DNA from: Thiobacillus sp.
Lineage (GTDB): Bacteria; Pseudomonadota; Gammaproteobacteria; Burkholderiales; Thiobacillaceae
Length of the DNA stretch: 64,000 nucleotides
Direction of reading: 5' to 3'
Assembly (NCBI GenBank): GCA_040080645.1
Contig: JBEBIA010000003.1
Span: 11,575-75,574 of the forward strand
Each line of letters opens with the position of its first letter. Position 1 is the first letter of the stretch. The notes under the pieces are model-generated. The model searched no databases. It saw nothing but the letters and a program-made list of their open reading frames with translations, and was not told the DNA's origin. Shown here piece by piece: positions 7,737 through 16,513 of this stretch. The position numbers and the translations under genes are program-made.

Positions 7737-10330
7737 GCGGCGGGTTTTTTGGGCTTGCTCGCCGTTTTGCTGGTGGCCGGTTTTTTAGGGACTGTTTTTT
7801 TCACCGCAGGTTTTTTCGCGGCGGGCTTGGCCGCTGCCTTGGGTTTGGCCGGTTTGTCTGCTGTTTCTGTTTTGGGCTTTTTAGCCGCTGTCGTTTTGGT
7901 GGCGGCCTTGCGCACGGGCTTCTTGGCCGGGCCTTTGGCGACGCGCGCAGCAATCAACTCCATCGCTTCTTCCAGCGTCACTGCCTCGGGCGTGGTGTCT
8001 TTCGGCAGCGTGGCGTTGGTGCTGCCATGCTTCACATACGGCCCGTAGCGGCCTTCGTGAACGGTGATGTCCTTGCCGTCTTCGGGATGCGCGCCCAGTG
8101 TGCGTAGTGCGGCTGCGCCCGCACCGCGCGGGGCGCGTTCCATCACCAGCACTTCGAGCGCGCGCGGCAGGTCGATTTCATACACGCTGTCGGTTTTTGG
8201 AATCGATTTGAATTTGTCGTTATGCAGCAGATACGGCCCGAAGCGCCCGTTGTTGGCGATGATCGGCAGACCGGTTTCCGGATGGTGGCCGACTTCGCGC
8301 GGCAGTGACAAAAGTTTCAGCGCCAGTTCGAGTGTGGCCTGATCAAGCGGAATATCTTTTGGCCACGACGCACGACGCGGCTTCGGCGCTTTTTTGTCTT
8401 CCGGCATGTCGCCGATCTGCACGTAGGGACCGAAACGGCCAGACAGCAATTTGATGTCGAGCCCGCTCGCCGGGTCTTTGCCGAGAATGTTGTCGCCTTC
8501 GATCATGCCAGCGTGCAACGGGCGCGTGTAATCGCATTCCGGATAGCCCGAGCAGCCAATGAACAACCCGCGCTTGCTCGCCTGCATGAACAGCGGTTTG
8601 CTGCACTTGGGGCACGGTTCCATGATCGGGCAGCCGCGCTCGACATCCTGTTTGGCTTTCAGGTCGCCGTCGAAGCCCTTCCAGAATTCGCCCAGCAGTT
8701 GCGACCACACGCGTTTGCCGTTGGACACATCGTCGAGCTTGTCTTCAAGCTTGGCAGTGAAATCGTAATCAATGTACTGGGTGAAATGGCGGGTGAGAAA
8801 GCAGTTCACTAGCCGCCCGACGTCGGTCGGCTGAAAACGTTTTTTATCCAGCACCACATACTCACGGTCCTGCAGCGTGGAAATGATGCTGGCATAGGTA
8901 GAGGGACGACCGATGCCGTATTCCTCCAGCGTCTTCACCAGCGAGGCTTCGGTAAAACGCGGCGGCGGCTGGGTGAAGTGCTGCTCGCCGTAGAGTTTGT
9001 CGACCGGCAGGGTTTCGTTTTCTACCAGCACGGGCAGTTTGGACTCTTCTTCGTCCTCGTCATCCTGATACACCGCGAGAAATCCGGCGAACGCCAGCGT
9101 CTGGCCGGTGGCGCGGAACGTGCCCTCGCCCACGGTGATGTCGGCGGCGACAGTATCGAATTGCGCGGGCGTCATCTGGCAGGCGACGGTGCGTTTCCAG
9201 ATCAGTTCATACAGCCTGGCCTGGTCGGCGGTGAGGCGCGCGCGCACCGCGTCGGGCGTGCGCGCGGCAGATGTCGGGCGCACCGCTTCGTGCGCTTCCT
9301 GCGCGTTTTTGGTTTTGGCTTTGTAGGTCAGCGCGGTTGGCGGCAGGTAGTCCTTGTCGAACTGCGCGCTGATAAAGCTGCGGATTTCGGTGATCGCCTC
9401 GTTGGCCAGATTCACCGAATCGGTACGCATGTAGGTGATGAGGCCGACCGGGCCTTCGCCGAGGTCGATGCCTTCGTACAGCTGCTGCGCGGTGCGCATC
9501 ACGCGGTCGGTGGTCATGCCGAGCTGGCGCACCCCGGCCTGTTGCAGCGTCGAGGTGGTGAACGGCGCGCCGGGGTGACGGGCGCGACGCTTCTTTTCGA
9601 TGCGCATGACGCGGGCATCTTTGCCAGACAGCATCGCCAGCCACTCGTTGCTGCGCGCTTCGTGCTCGACCGAAAACTGCTCGATTTTCTCGCCTTTGAA
9701 ATGCGTGAGTTTGGCCGTGAACGCCTGCCCGGCCTTGTTGGTATCGAGATGCAGCGACCAGTATTCGCGCGGCACAAAGGCTTCGATTTCGAGTTCGCGC
9801 TCGACGATCATGCGCAGTGCGGGCGATTGCACGCGCCCGGCACTCAAGCCCGGGCTGATCTTGCGCCACAGCAGCGGCGACAGGTTGAAGCCAACCAGAT
9901 AATCGAGCGCGCGCCGCGCCTGCTGCGCGTCGACCAGATCGCCCGCGATTTCACGCGGATTGCGTACCGCATCCTGAATCGCCGATTCGGTGATTTCGTA
10001 AAAGGCGACGCGGCGCATCGGCGCCTTGATTTTTTTCTCTTTGAGAATCTCGCTGATGTGCCAGGAAATCGCCTCACCTTCGCGATCCGGGTCGGTTGCC
10101 AGCAGGATTTCGTCGGCTTTTTTTGCCGCCTTGACGATGGCATCGACGTGTTTGGCGTTGCGCTCGATGATCTGATACTTCATCGAGAAATCGTCCGTGT
10201 TCACCGCGCCGGTTTTCGGCTCCAGATCGCGCACGTGGCCGTAGCTGGCGAGGATGTCGTAATCCGCGCCGAGGTATTTTTTCAGCGATTTGGATTTGGA
10301 CGGTGATTCAACGATAACGAGCTTGGACAT
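7733..10330 (-). CDS. topA: DNA topoisomerase I
   Basis: LVIVESPSK, LATDPDREGEAI, SAGRVQS, ITYMRTDS (catalytic Tyr), AQEAHEAVRP, GIGRPSTY. Confidence 0.98.
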   Translation of the reverse strand: MSKLVIVESPSKSKSLKKYLGADYDILASYGHVRDLEPKTGAVNTDDFSMKYQIIERNAKHVDAIVKAAKKADEILLATDPDREGEAISWHISEILKEKKIKAPMRRVAFYEITESAIQDAVRNPREIAGDLVDAQQARRALDYLVGFNLSPLLWRKISPGLSAGRVQSPALRMIVERELEIEAFVPREYWSLHLDTNKAGQAFTAKLTHFKGEKIEQFSVEHEARSNEWLAMLSGKDARVMRIEKKRRARHPGAPFTTSTLQQAGVRQLGMTTDRVMRTAQQLYEGIDLGEGPVGLITYMRTDSVNLANEAITEIRSFISAQFDKDYLPPTALTYKAKTKNAQEAHEAVRPTSAARTPDAVRARLTADQARLYELIWKRTVACQMTPAQFDTVAADITVGEGTFRATGQTLAFAGFLAVYQDDEDEEESKLPVLVENETLPVDKLYGEQHFTQPPPRFTEASLVKTLEEYGIGRPSTYASIISTLQDREYVVLDKKRFQPTDVGRLVNCFLTRHFTQYIDYDFTAKLEDKLDDVSNGKRVWSQLLGEFWKGFDGDLKAKQDVERGCPIMEPCPKCSKPLFMQASKRGLFIGCSGYPECDYTRPLHAGMIEGDNILGKDPASGLDIKLLSGRFGPYVQIGDMPEDKKAPKPRRASWPKDIPLDQATLELALKLLSLPREVGHHPETGLPIIANNGRFGPYLLHNDKFKSIPKTDSVYEIDLPRALEVLVMERAPRGAGAAALRTLGAHPEDGKDITVHEGRYGPYVKHGSTNATLPKDTTPEAVTLEEAMELIAARVAKGPAKKPVRKAATKTTAAKKPKTETADKPAKPKAAAKPAAKKPAVKKTVPKKPATSKTASKPKKPAA

Positions 10331-10339
10331 GGTTATTGA

Positions 10340-10786
10340 TTAATGTAGGTGTTCCGGCTCGTGATTCAGCAGCATATCTTCGAGATGGGTGAAATGTTCG
10401 ATCAGGCCGCGACTCCACAGCACGATCAGCGTCATCCAGCGCACATGGTCGGGTTCGATGTCTTCTCCCGCCAGACTCATCAGGCCGGAAATCACCCATT
10501 CGCGCGATTCGGGGTCGAGGATCTCGGCACGCTCCAGCCACACCAGCTCGGCGCGGCAGGCGGTATCGAGTCGCTCCAGCTCGTCCGGTGCGTAATGGCG
10601 CAAATGGGCGTAAGCCAACCGTTCGTGGGTCTGGCTGTCGGCCAGATGGGCGAACCAGTCGAGCGCCAGGGTTATGTCGTTTTCTTCAAAACCCGCCGCA
10701 AACAGGCGCTTTTCCAGCGCGTCGCGGTCAGGCGCAAGTTCCGCCATGCGGAAGCTTTCGTAGAGATAAACCAGAATGTCGAGCAT
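10340..10786 (-). CDS. smg: Smg protein (DUF494)
   Basis: MLDILVYLYE...AGF...LDWF; lies between dprA and topA as in other proteobacteria. Confidence 0.88.
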   Translation of the reverse strand: MLDILVYLYESFRMAELAPDRDALEKRLFAAGFEENDITLALDWFAHLADSQTHERLAYAHLRHYAPDELERLDTACRAELVWLERAEILDPESREWVISGLMSLAGEDIEPDHVRWMTLIVLWSRGLIEHFTHLEDMLLNHEPEHLH

Positions 10787-10790
10787 AGTT

Positions 10791-11855
10791 TCAGTGTATT
10801 TTTTGGTAACGCCCGCCGGGGAGCTGGGCAATGCGCCCTTCCAGTTCAAGCGTCAACAGCTTCGCTGAAAGCGTATCCAGCGTCAACCCGGTTGTTTGAA
10901 CCAGTGTGTCGAGCGCGGTGGGTGCGTCGCCCAGCGCATCCAGCACCGGATCGCGTGTCGACTCGGCGAATTGCGGCGGTGACAAACGGTGCTGCCAGGC
11001 CAGCTCATCGAGAATGTCGGCGGCTGACTCAACGAGTTTCGCGCCCTGCTTGATGAGCGCGTGGCAGCCGCGCGCCAGTGGGGAATGGATCGAACCTGGC
11101 ATGGCGAAGACCTCGCGTCCCTGCTCGACAGCCACCCGCGCGGTGATAAGCGACCCGCTGTCCGGCGTGGCTTCGACCACCAGCACGCCCCGCGAAAGAC
11201 CACTAATCAAGCGGTTGCGGCGCGGAAAATTTGCGGGCAAGGGTGGCGTGCCGAGCGGAAACTCCGACACGATCAGACCTTTTTCCGCCAGTTGATGTGC
11301 CAATGTCTTGTTGCGCGCCGGGTAAATGCGATCCAGCCCGGTGCCGACGATGGCGATACTCGCGCCCGCGCCGAGCAGGCCGCCACGATGCGCCGCCGCG
11401 TCGATGCCGAGCGCGAGTCCGCTGACGATGGTGAGTCCGGCATCCGATAGCGCGTGGGCAAACGCTTCGGCATCGCGTGCACCCTGCGGCGTGGCATTGC
11501 GGCTGCCGACGATGCCAAAGCCAGCCGCGTTGAGCCAGCCGCGATGACCTTTGCAATACAGCAGCGCGGGTGGATCGGGGATTTCAAGCAGGGCTTTAGG
11601 GTAATCGGCATCGGCCAGCGTCATCAGGCTGTTGCCGGGGGCAGCCAGCCAGGCGTGAGTGCTTGCTATCGCGGCAGCATCCGGCTCGGCAAGTAAGGCA
11701 TCAATCTGTCGTGCGGACAAGTGCGCCGATAACGCGCCGCGCCCCGACGCCAAAACGGCCTCCGGAGAACCGAAGGCCGTCAGCAAGCGAAGCAGGGAAG
11801 TGTTGCCGACACCCGACGCGAACGTCAGGTGCAGCCAGGCATCGAGCTCGTTCAG
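10791..11855 (-). CDS. dprA: DNA-processing protein DprA
   Basis: GIVGSRNATPQG, IVSGLALGIDAAAHRG, FPRRNRLISGLS, SGSLITA and a C-terminal wHTH. Homology continues upstream of the tracked TTG (11786) to a CTG at 11855, so the start is uncertain. Confidence 0.93.
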   Translation of the reverse strand: MNELDAWLHLTFASGVGNTSLLRLLTAFGSPEAVLASGRGALSAHLSARQIDALLAEPDAAAIASTHAWLAAPGNSLMTLADADYPKALLEIPDPPALLYCKGHRGWLNAAGFGIVGSRNATPQGARDAEAFAHALSDAGLTIVSGLALGIDAAAHRGGLLGAGASIAIVGTGLDRIYPARNKTLAHQLAEKGLIVSEFPLGTPPLPANFPRRNRLISGLSRGVLVVEATPDSGSLITARVAVEQGREVFAMPGSIHSPLARGCHALIKQGAKLVESAADILDELAWQHRLSPPQFAESTRDPVLDALGDAPTALDTLVQTTGLTLDTLSAKLLTLELEGRIAQLPGGRYQKIH

Positions 11856-13042
11856 GGGTTTTTTACCGTGTCGAGCAGATACACCGGGCCGTCGGATTGC
11901 ATGATGAGCGCGTACGACACGCGGTCGTACACCCGATAGACCATAGCCAGCCCGCTGCGCGCGTCCGGCAGCTTCACCGCGCGGTCGTTATCCTGGCCGA
12001 TACAGGTGTTGCGGAAGGTGTTTTTCACGTCGGCCTTCTGGTCGTAGGTGACTTTGCTGTTTTCTTTGAGGCAGCGTACGTCACTGTACAGCCACGCGCC
12101 GCCGCCCGGCACGCCGGATTTTTCGTTGACCCAGGCCATGCGGTCTTTTTCGTCGCGCGTCAGCGTCACCGCTTGGCCTTCGCGGTAGATGGCGAGTACG
12201 TGGCCGGGTTCGAGACCGTCCTGGCTGCCGCGATTGAGCACGACAGTCTGGTAGCGGCCACTATCGCTCATGCCGCCGTAGGCAGAAATGATCCGCCCGG
12301 CGATGGTTTTTTCCGGCGCATGCGGCAGATATTCAAAGGTGGTGGCGGTATCCGCCTCGACCAGCTTGTCTTTAGGCAGGATTTCCTGCGCCGACTGGGT
12401 GATGCGGATTTTCTGCGGCGCGCCTTCGGTGATGGTGCGGGCATCGCCCAGATATTCCACTTCATAACCCAGCGTTTCGCCGGTTTCGGGGTCTTTCAAC
12501 GCTTTGCCGGGACGCACCAGATTCCAGCGGGTGACCCCGGGTTTGCCGCCGGTGGCGAAGGCATCGTCGCCCGCCGCCAACACCACCCGCTCGGTATTGC
12601 TGCCCAGTATGAACGGCGCGCTATCGAGTGCGCCTGCCGGGGCAACGCGCGGCTGCGACAGGAAAGGATGGATCACTCGCATCGGAATCGCTGGAATGGC
12701 ATCACTGTCAATATCGCTGGCGCGCACACCGGGCGAGAGTCTCACAGTGCGCATTCCGTTTTTGTCGCCCTTGACCAGCGACAGGCGTGGCGTTTTGCCG
12801 CTGCGGTCGAGCACGATCAGGTCGCCGGGATAAATCCAGTGCGGATTCTTGATTTCTTCGCGATTGAGATTCCAGATTTGCGGCCAGCGCCAAGGATCTT
12901 TGAGAAATTTGCCGGAGATATCCCACAGCGTATCGCCCTTGATCACGACATGCTTGTCGGGCGCGTTGTCCTGCAATTGCAGGGTGTCGGCCAGGGCGGG
13001 CATAGCCAGAGTCAGAGCCAGGGTGAGAGCAAGATAACGCAC
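11852..13042 (-). CDS. LysM peptidoglycan-binding protein
   Basis: Signal peptide, then HVVIKGDTLWDISGKFLKDPWRWPQIW...NPHWIYPGD; GTG start at 13042 with GGAGG RBS. Confidence 0.9.
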   Translation of the reverse strand: MRYLALTLALTLAMPALADTLQLQDNAPDKHVVIKGDTLWDISGKFLKDPWRWPQIWNLNREEIKNPHWIYPGDLIVLDRSGKTPRLSLVKGDKNGMRTVRLSPGVRASDIDSDAIPAIPMRVIHPFLSQPRVAPAGALDSAPFILGSNTERVVLAAGDDAFATGGKPGVTRWNLVRPGKALKDPETGETLGYEVEYLGDARTITEGAPQKIRITQSAQEILPKDKLVEADTATTFEYLPHAPEKTIAGRIISAYGGMSDSGRYQTVVLNRGSQDGLEPGHVLAIYREGQAVTLTRDEKDRMAWVNEKSGVPGGGAWLYSDVRCLKENSKVTYDQKADVKNTFRNTCIGQDNDRAVKLPDARSGLAMVYRVYDRVSYALIMQSDGPVYLLDTVKNP

Positions 13043-13227
13043 GGGGAAACCCTCCATTGAGCGCTTGTCCAAAAAACGTGACATTGAAAATAGCCACATT
13101 GAAAATATACTGTGCGTTGTTTACGGCATTCTGCCGCGCTTATTTAGCGTGAGAGAGCATCGCACACAGATTTCGTCTCAAAGTGTGCCTCCAGTCCTTT
13201 CATTCGTAAAGCTTTTCCTGACATTAA

Positions 13228-13761
13228 ATGGCCAAACTCGATATTCTGCATTATCCCGATCCGCGCTTGCACACTGTCGCCAAGCCCGTGCAGGCGGTCG
13301 ATGCCCGCATCCAGCAATTGGTGAGTGACATGGCTGAGACCATGTATGCCGCGCCGGGCATCGGCTTGGCCGCCACGCAGGTCAACGTGCACGAGCGCGT
13401 GGTGGTGATTGACGTGTCTGAAGATCGCAGCGCGTTGCGCGTGTTCATCAATCCCGAGTTGATTGCCCAGTCGGGCGAAGCCGAAGGTGAAGAGGGCTGT
13501 CTGTCAGTGCCGGGGATTTTTGACAGGGTCAAACGCGCCGAGCGCGTGACCGTTCGCGCGCTCGACCGCAACGGAATGCCGTTTGAGCTCATGGCCGAAG
13601 GCCTGCTGGCCGTGTGCATCCAGCACGAAATGGATCATTTGCTGGGTAAGGTGTTCGTCGATTATCTGTCCGCGCTCAAACGCAACCGGATCAAGACCCG
13701 GCTCGTCAAGCAGGCGCGCGAACATCGTCCCGATGCCGTGCCTTCGCGCGCGTCGCTCTGA
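13228..13761 (+). CDS. def: Peptide deformylase
   Basis: [26 protein letters not shown] motifs. Confidence 0.98.
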   Translation: MAKLDILHYPDPRLHTVAKPVQAVDARIQQLVSDMAETMYAAPGIGLAATQVNVHERVVVIDVSEDRSALRVFINPELIAQSGEAEGEEGCLSVPGIFDRVKRAERVTVRALDRNGMPFELMAEGLLAVCIQHEMDHLLGKVFVDYLSALKRNRIKTRLVKQAREHRPDAVPSRASL

Positions 13762-14681
13762 TGCGGCTGATTTTTGCCGGCACGCCGCCGTTTGCCGCAG
13801 CGGCGCTCAATGCTTTGGCGGACGCCGGGCATGACATTCCGCTGGTGCTCACACAGCCCGATCGCCCCGCCGGGCGCGGCATGAAACTCACTCCCAGCGC
13901 GGTCAAGCAGGCTGCGCTGGCGCGCGGGTTGCCCGTCGTCCAGCCCGTCAGCCTCAAAACGCCTGATGCACAAGCCAAACTCGCCGCTGTGCATGCCGAC
14001 GTGATGGTGGTAGCGGCTTATGGTCTGCTCCTGCCGCAGGCGGTGCTGGATCTGCCCGCACGCGGCTGCCTCAATATCCACGCCTCGCTGTTGCCGCGCT
14101 GGCGAGGTGCTGCGCCGATCCAGCGGGCGATACTCGCGGGCGACCGCGACACGGGTATCACCATCATGCAGATGGACGCCGGACTCGATACCGGAGCCAT
14201 GCTGCTGAAAAAATCGTTGCCGATTACCACCGACGCGACTGCCGCCACGCTGCACGATCAGCTGGCTGCGCTGGGCGCGACGGCGATCGTCGAAGCCCTG
14301 GCGACGCTCGACTCGCTCCGCCCTGAACCTCAGGATGCTACCCACGTGACCTACGCTGCCAAACTTACCAAAGACGAAGCCCGGTTGAACTGGCAACTCG
14401 ACGCCGCCGCGCTCGCGCGCGCAGTCCGCGCGTACAACCCGGCACCCGGCGCGTGGACCTTGCTCGACGGCGCGCCACTGAAAATCTGGGCGGCCACCGC
14501 CGTGCCGGCCAGCGGCCAGCCCGGCGAAGTATTGCCCGGCGACGACAGCCTGCTGATCGCCTGCGGCCATGGCAGTGGCTTGCGGGTGACCGAGTTGCAA
14601 GCGGCGGGCGGTAAACGCATGGCGGCGGCGGCGTTCCTGGCCGGTCGCGCCGTGCCAGTGGGGAGCCTGCTCAATGCGTAA
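13761..14681 (+). CDS. fmt: Methionyl-tRNA formyltransferase
   Basis: FAGTPPFA, NIHASLLPRWRGAAPIQRA, MDAGLDTG. Confidence 0.98.
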   Translation: MRLIFAGTPPFAAAALNALADAGHDIPLVLTQPDRPAGRGMKLTPSAVKQAALARGLPVVQPVSLKTPDAQAKLAAVHADVMVVAAYGLLLPQAVLDLPARGCLNIHASLLPRWRGAAPIQRAILAGDRDTGITIMQMDAGLDTGAMLLKKSLPITTDATAATLHDQLAALGATAIVEALATLDSLRPEPQDATHVTYAAKLTKDEARLNWQLDAAALARAVRAYNPAPGAWTLLDGAPLKIWAATAVPASGQPGEVLPGDDSLLIACGHGSGLRVTELQAAGGKRMAAAAFLAGRAVPVGSLLNA

Positions 14682-15939
14682 ACTTCAGCAGCTGGCGGCC
14701 GACACGCTCGACGCCGTCTTCGCAGGCGCGGCACTCCACCAGATTTTGCCCACGCAGCTGGCGCAGCTCGGCACACCCGGCGAGCGCGGTGCGCTGCAAG
14801 ACATTGTGTACGGCAGCCTGCGCTGGTGGGGTCGGCTCGACTCTTGGCTAACTGCGTTGCTGGAGCGTCCTCTCACTGATCCGGCACTTGCTACCTTGCT
14901 GCGCGTGACGCTGTATCAGCTCGCGTTTACCCGAGCGCCCGCCCACGCAGTGGTGCATAACGCCGTTACGGCGGCTGGCGAAGGCTGGCGACGCGGGCTG
15001 ACCAACGCGGTACTACGTAATTTTCAGCGTCGCCGCGCCGAACTCGATCAGCTGGCGCAGACCGACCCGCTCGCGCGCTGGTCGCATCCGGCCTGGTGGA
15101 TCGACAAGGTGCGTGTTGAGCACCCCGAGCACTGGCAGGCGATTCTCGACGCCAGCCTGCTGCATCCGCCCTTCACCCTGCGCGTCAATTTGCGCCACGG
15201 CAGCGTGGCGGATTATCTGTCCGCCCTCGCCGCTGCCGATCTGTCCGCGCGCCAGACTGGCGACACCGCCGTCACCCTCGACAAGGCCGTGGCCGTGAGC
15301 CAGCTACCCGGTTTTGCCGAGGGCGCGGTGTCGGTACAGGATGCGGGCGCGCAATGGGCGGCACGTTTGCTTGATACCCAAGCCGGGATGCGAACGCTGG
15401 ATGCTTGCGCGGCACCCGGCGGCAAGACTGGCCATTTGCTCGAACGCGCGAACGACCTCGAACTGGTTGCGCTCGACATCGATGCCGCCCGGCTCGCCCG
15501 CGTGCGTGAAAATCTCGACCGTCTCCAACTCGACGCGACGCTGTTACAAGGTGATGCCGCCCAGCCCGAGCGCTGGTGGGATGGTCGTCCGTTTGATCGC
15601 ATCCTGGCCGATGTGCCGTGCAGCGCGTCGGGCGTGGTGCGCCGCAACCCCGATATCAAATGGCTGCGCCGACCTGACGATATTGCCAGTTTCGCCCGCC
15701 AGCAGCGCGACATGCTGGACGCCCTGTGGCGGCTGCTCGCGCCCGGTGGTACATTGCTCTACGCAACCTGCTCAATTTTTAATGAAGAAAACGGCGCGCA
15801 GGTGGCGGCGTTTCTGGCGCGCACGCCTGATGCCACACGCCTGCCCTTACCTGACCCCTTGTCTGACGAAATCCTGATCCCCACTGCCGAGCATGATGGT
15901 TTTTTCTACGCCCTGTTGCAGAAATCGCCACCGTTCTGA
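14674..15939 (+). CDS. rsmB: 16S rRNA m5C967 methyltransferase RsmB (Sun)
   Basis: NusB-like N-terminus, VQDAGAQ, LDACAAPGGKT, DVPCSASG, LYATCS. Confidence 0.95.
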   Translation: MRKLQQLAADTLDAVFAGAALHQILPTQLAQLGTPGERGALQDIVYGSLRWWGRLDSWLTALLERPLTDPALATLLRVTLYQLAFTRAPAHAVVHNAVTAAGEGWRRGLTNAVLRNFQRRRAELDQLAQTDPLARWSHPAWWIDKVRVEHPEHWQAILDASLLHPPFTLRVNLRHGSVADYLSALAAADLSARQTGDTAVTLDKAVAVSQLPGFAEGAVSVQDAGAQWAARLLDTQAGMRTLDACAAPGGKTGHLLERANDLELVALDIDAARLARVRENLDRLQLDATLLQGDAAQPERWWDGRPFDRILADVPCSASGVVRRNPDIKWLRRPDDIASFARQQRDMLDALWRLLAPGGTLLYATCSIFNEENGAQVAAFLARTPDATRLPLPDPLSDEILIPTAEHDGFFYALLQKSPPF

Positions 15940-16513
15940 CTGGCGCGTCGGCGCATTGGCGGGGTGGCTATTCTGGTGGGCGCTGAGTGGACTGGCGCTG
16001 GCCGCTGACAAAGCACCGGTTACCCAGGCCGCGCTGCGCGCGAGCGCCAATGGCTACGTGCTCGACGCCACCCTCGATATCAGCCTCAACCGCACGCTTG
16101 AAGACGCGCTTGCCAAGGGCATCACCCTGCCGTTTTTGCTGGATGTGGAAATCAGTCGTCCCCGCAGTTGGTGGCTGGACGACGACATCGGCGAGGCCTC
16201 CCGCAAACTGCGGATTTACTACCATTTGCTGTTGCGCCGTTATGTCGTCGAAAACGGCTATACCACTCGCACGGTGGATACGCTGGCGGCTGCGCTGACT
16301 CAGTTGGGACGAGTAGAAGACTGGCAGATACTTGAGCGCGGCGCGCTGAAACCCGGTCAGCGCTACGACGCGCGCTTGCGACTGCGACTCGACACCGCGC
16401 AACTCGCCAAGCCCTTGTCGATCAGTGCTGTGACGGGTGATAAATGGGAGTTCAGCACCGCCTGGCATCAATGGTCGTTTGACGCGCCGCCGCCCAAACC
16501 TGCGATGCCCTGA
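15893..16513 (+). CDS. DUF4390 domain exported protein
   Basis: Conserved position between rsmB and the NtrY-like kinase; signal-like segment; LEDALAKGITLPF, LAKPLSIS. Confidence 0.8.
   Translation: MMVFSTPCCRNRHRSDWRVGALAGWLFWWALSGLALAADKAPVTQAALRASANGYVLDATLDISLNRTLEDALAKGITLPFLLDVEISRPRSWWLDDDIGEASRKLRIYYHLLLRRYVVENGYTTRTVDTLAAALTQLGRVEDWQILERGALKPGQRYDARLRLRLDTAQLAKPLSISAVTGDKWEFSTAWHQWSFDAPPPKPAMP

Noticed and set aside
8978-10306. Long antisense or shadow ORFs (also 3894-5198, 11663-13060, 19647-20939, 44751-45902, 48263-49342, 50869-52011, 53802-55022, 56937-58280)
   Set aside because: Each lies opposite a well-supported gene and has no recognisable motifs, as expected in high-GC DNA.
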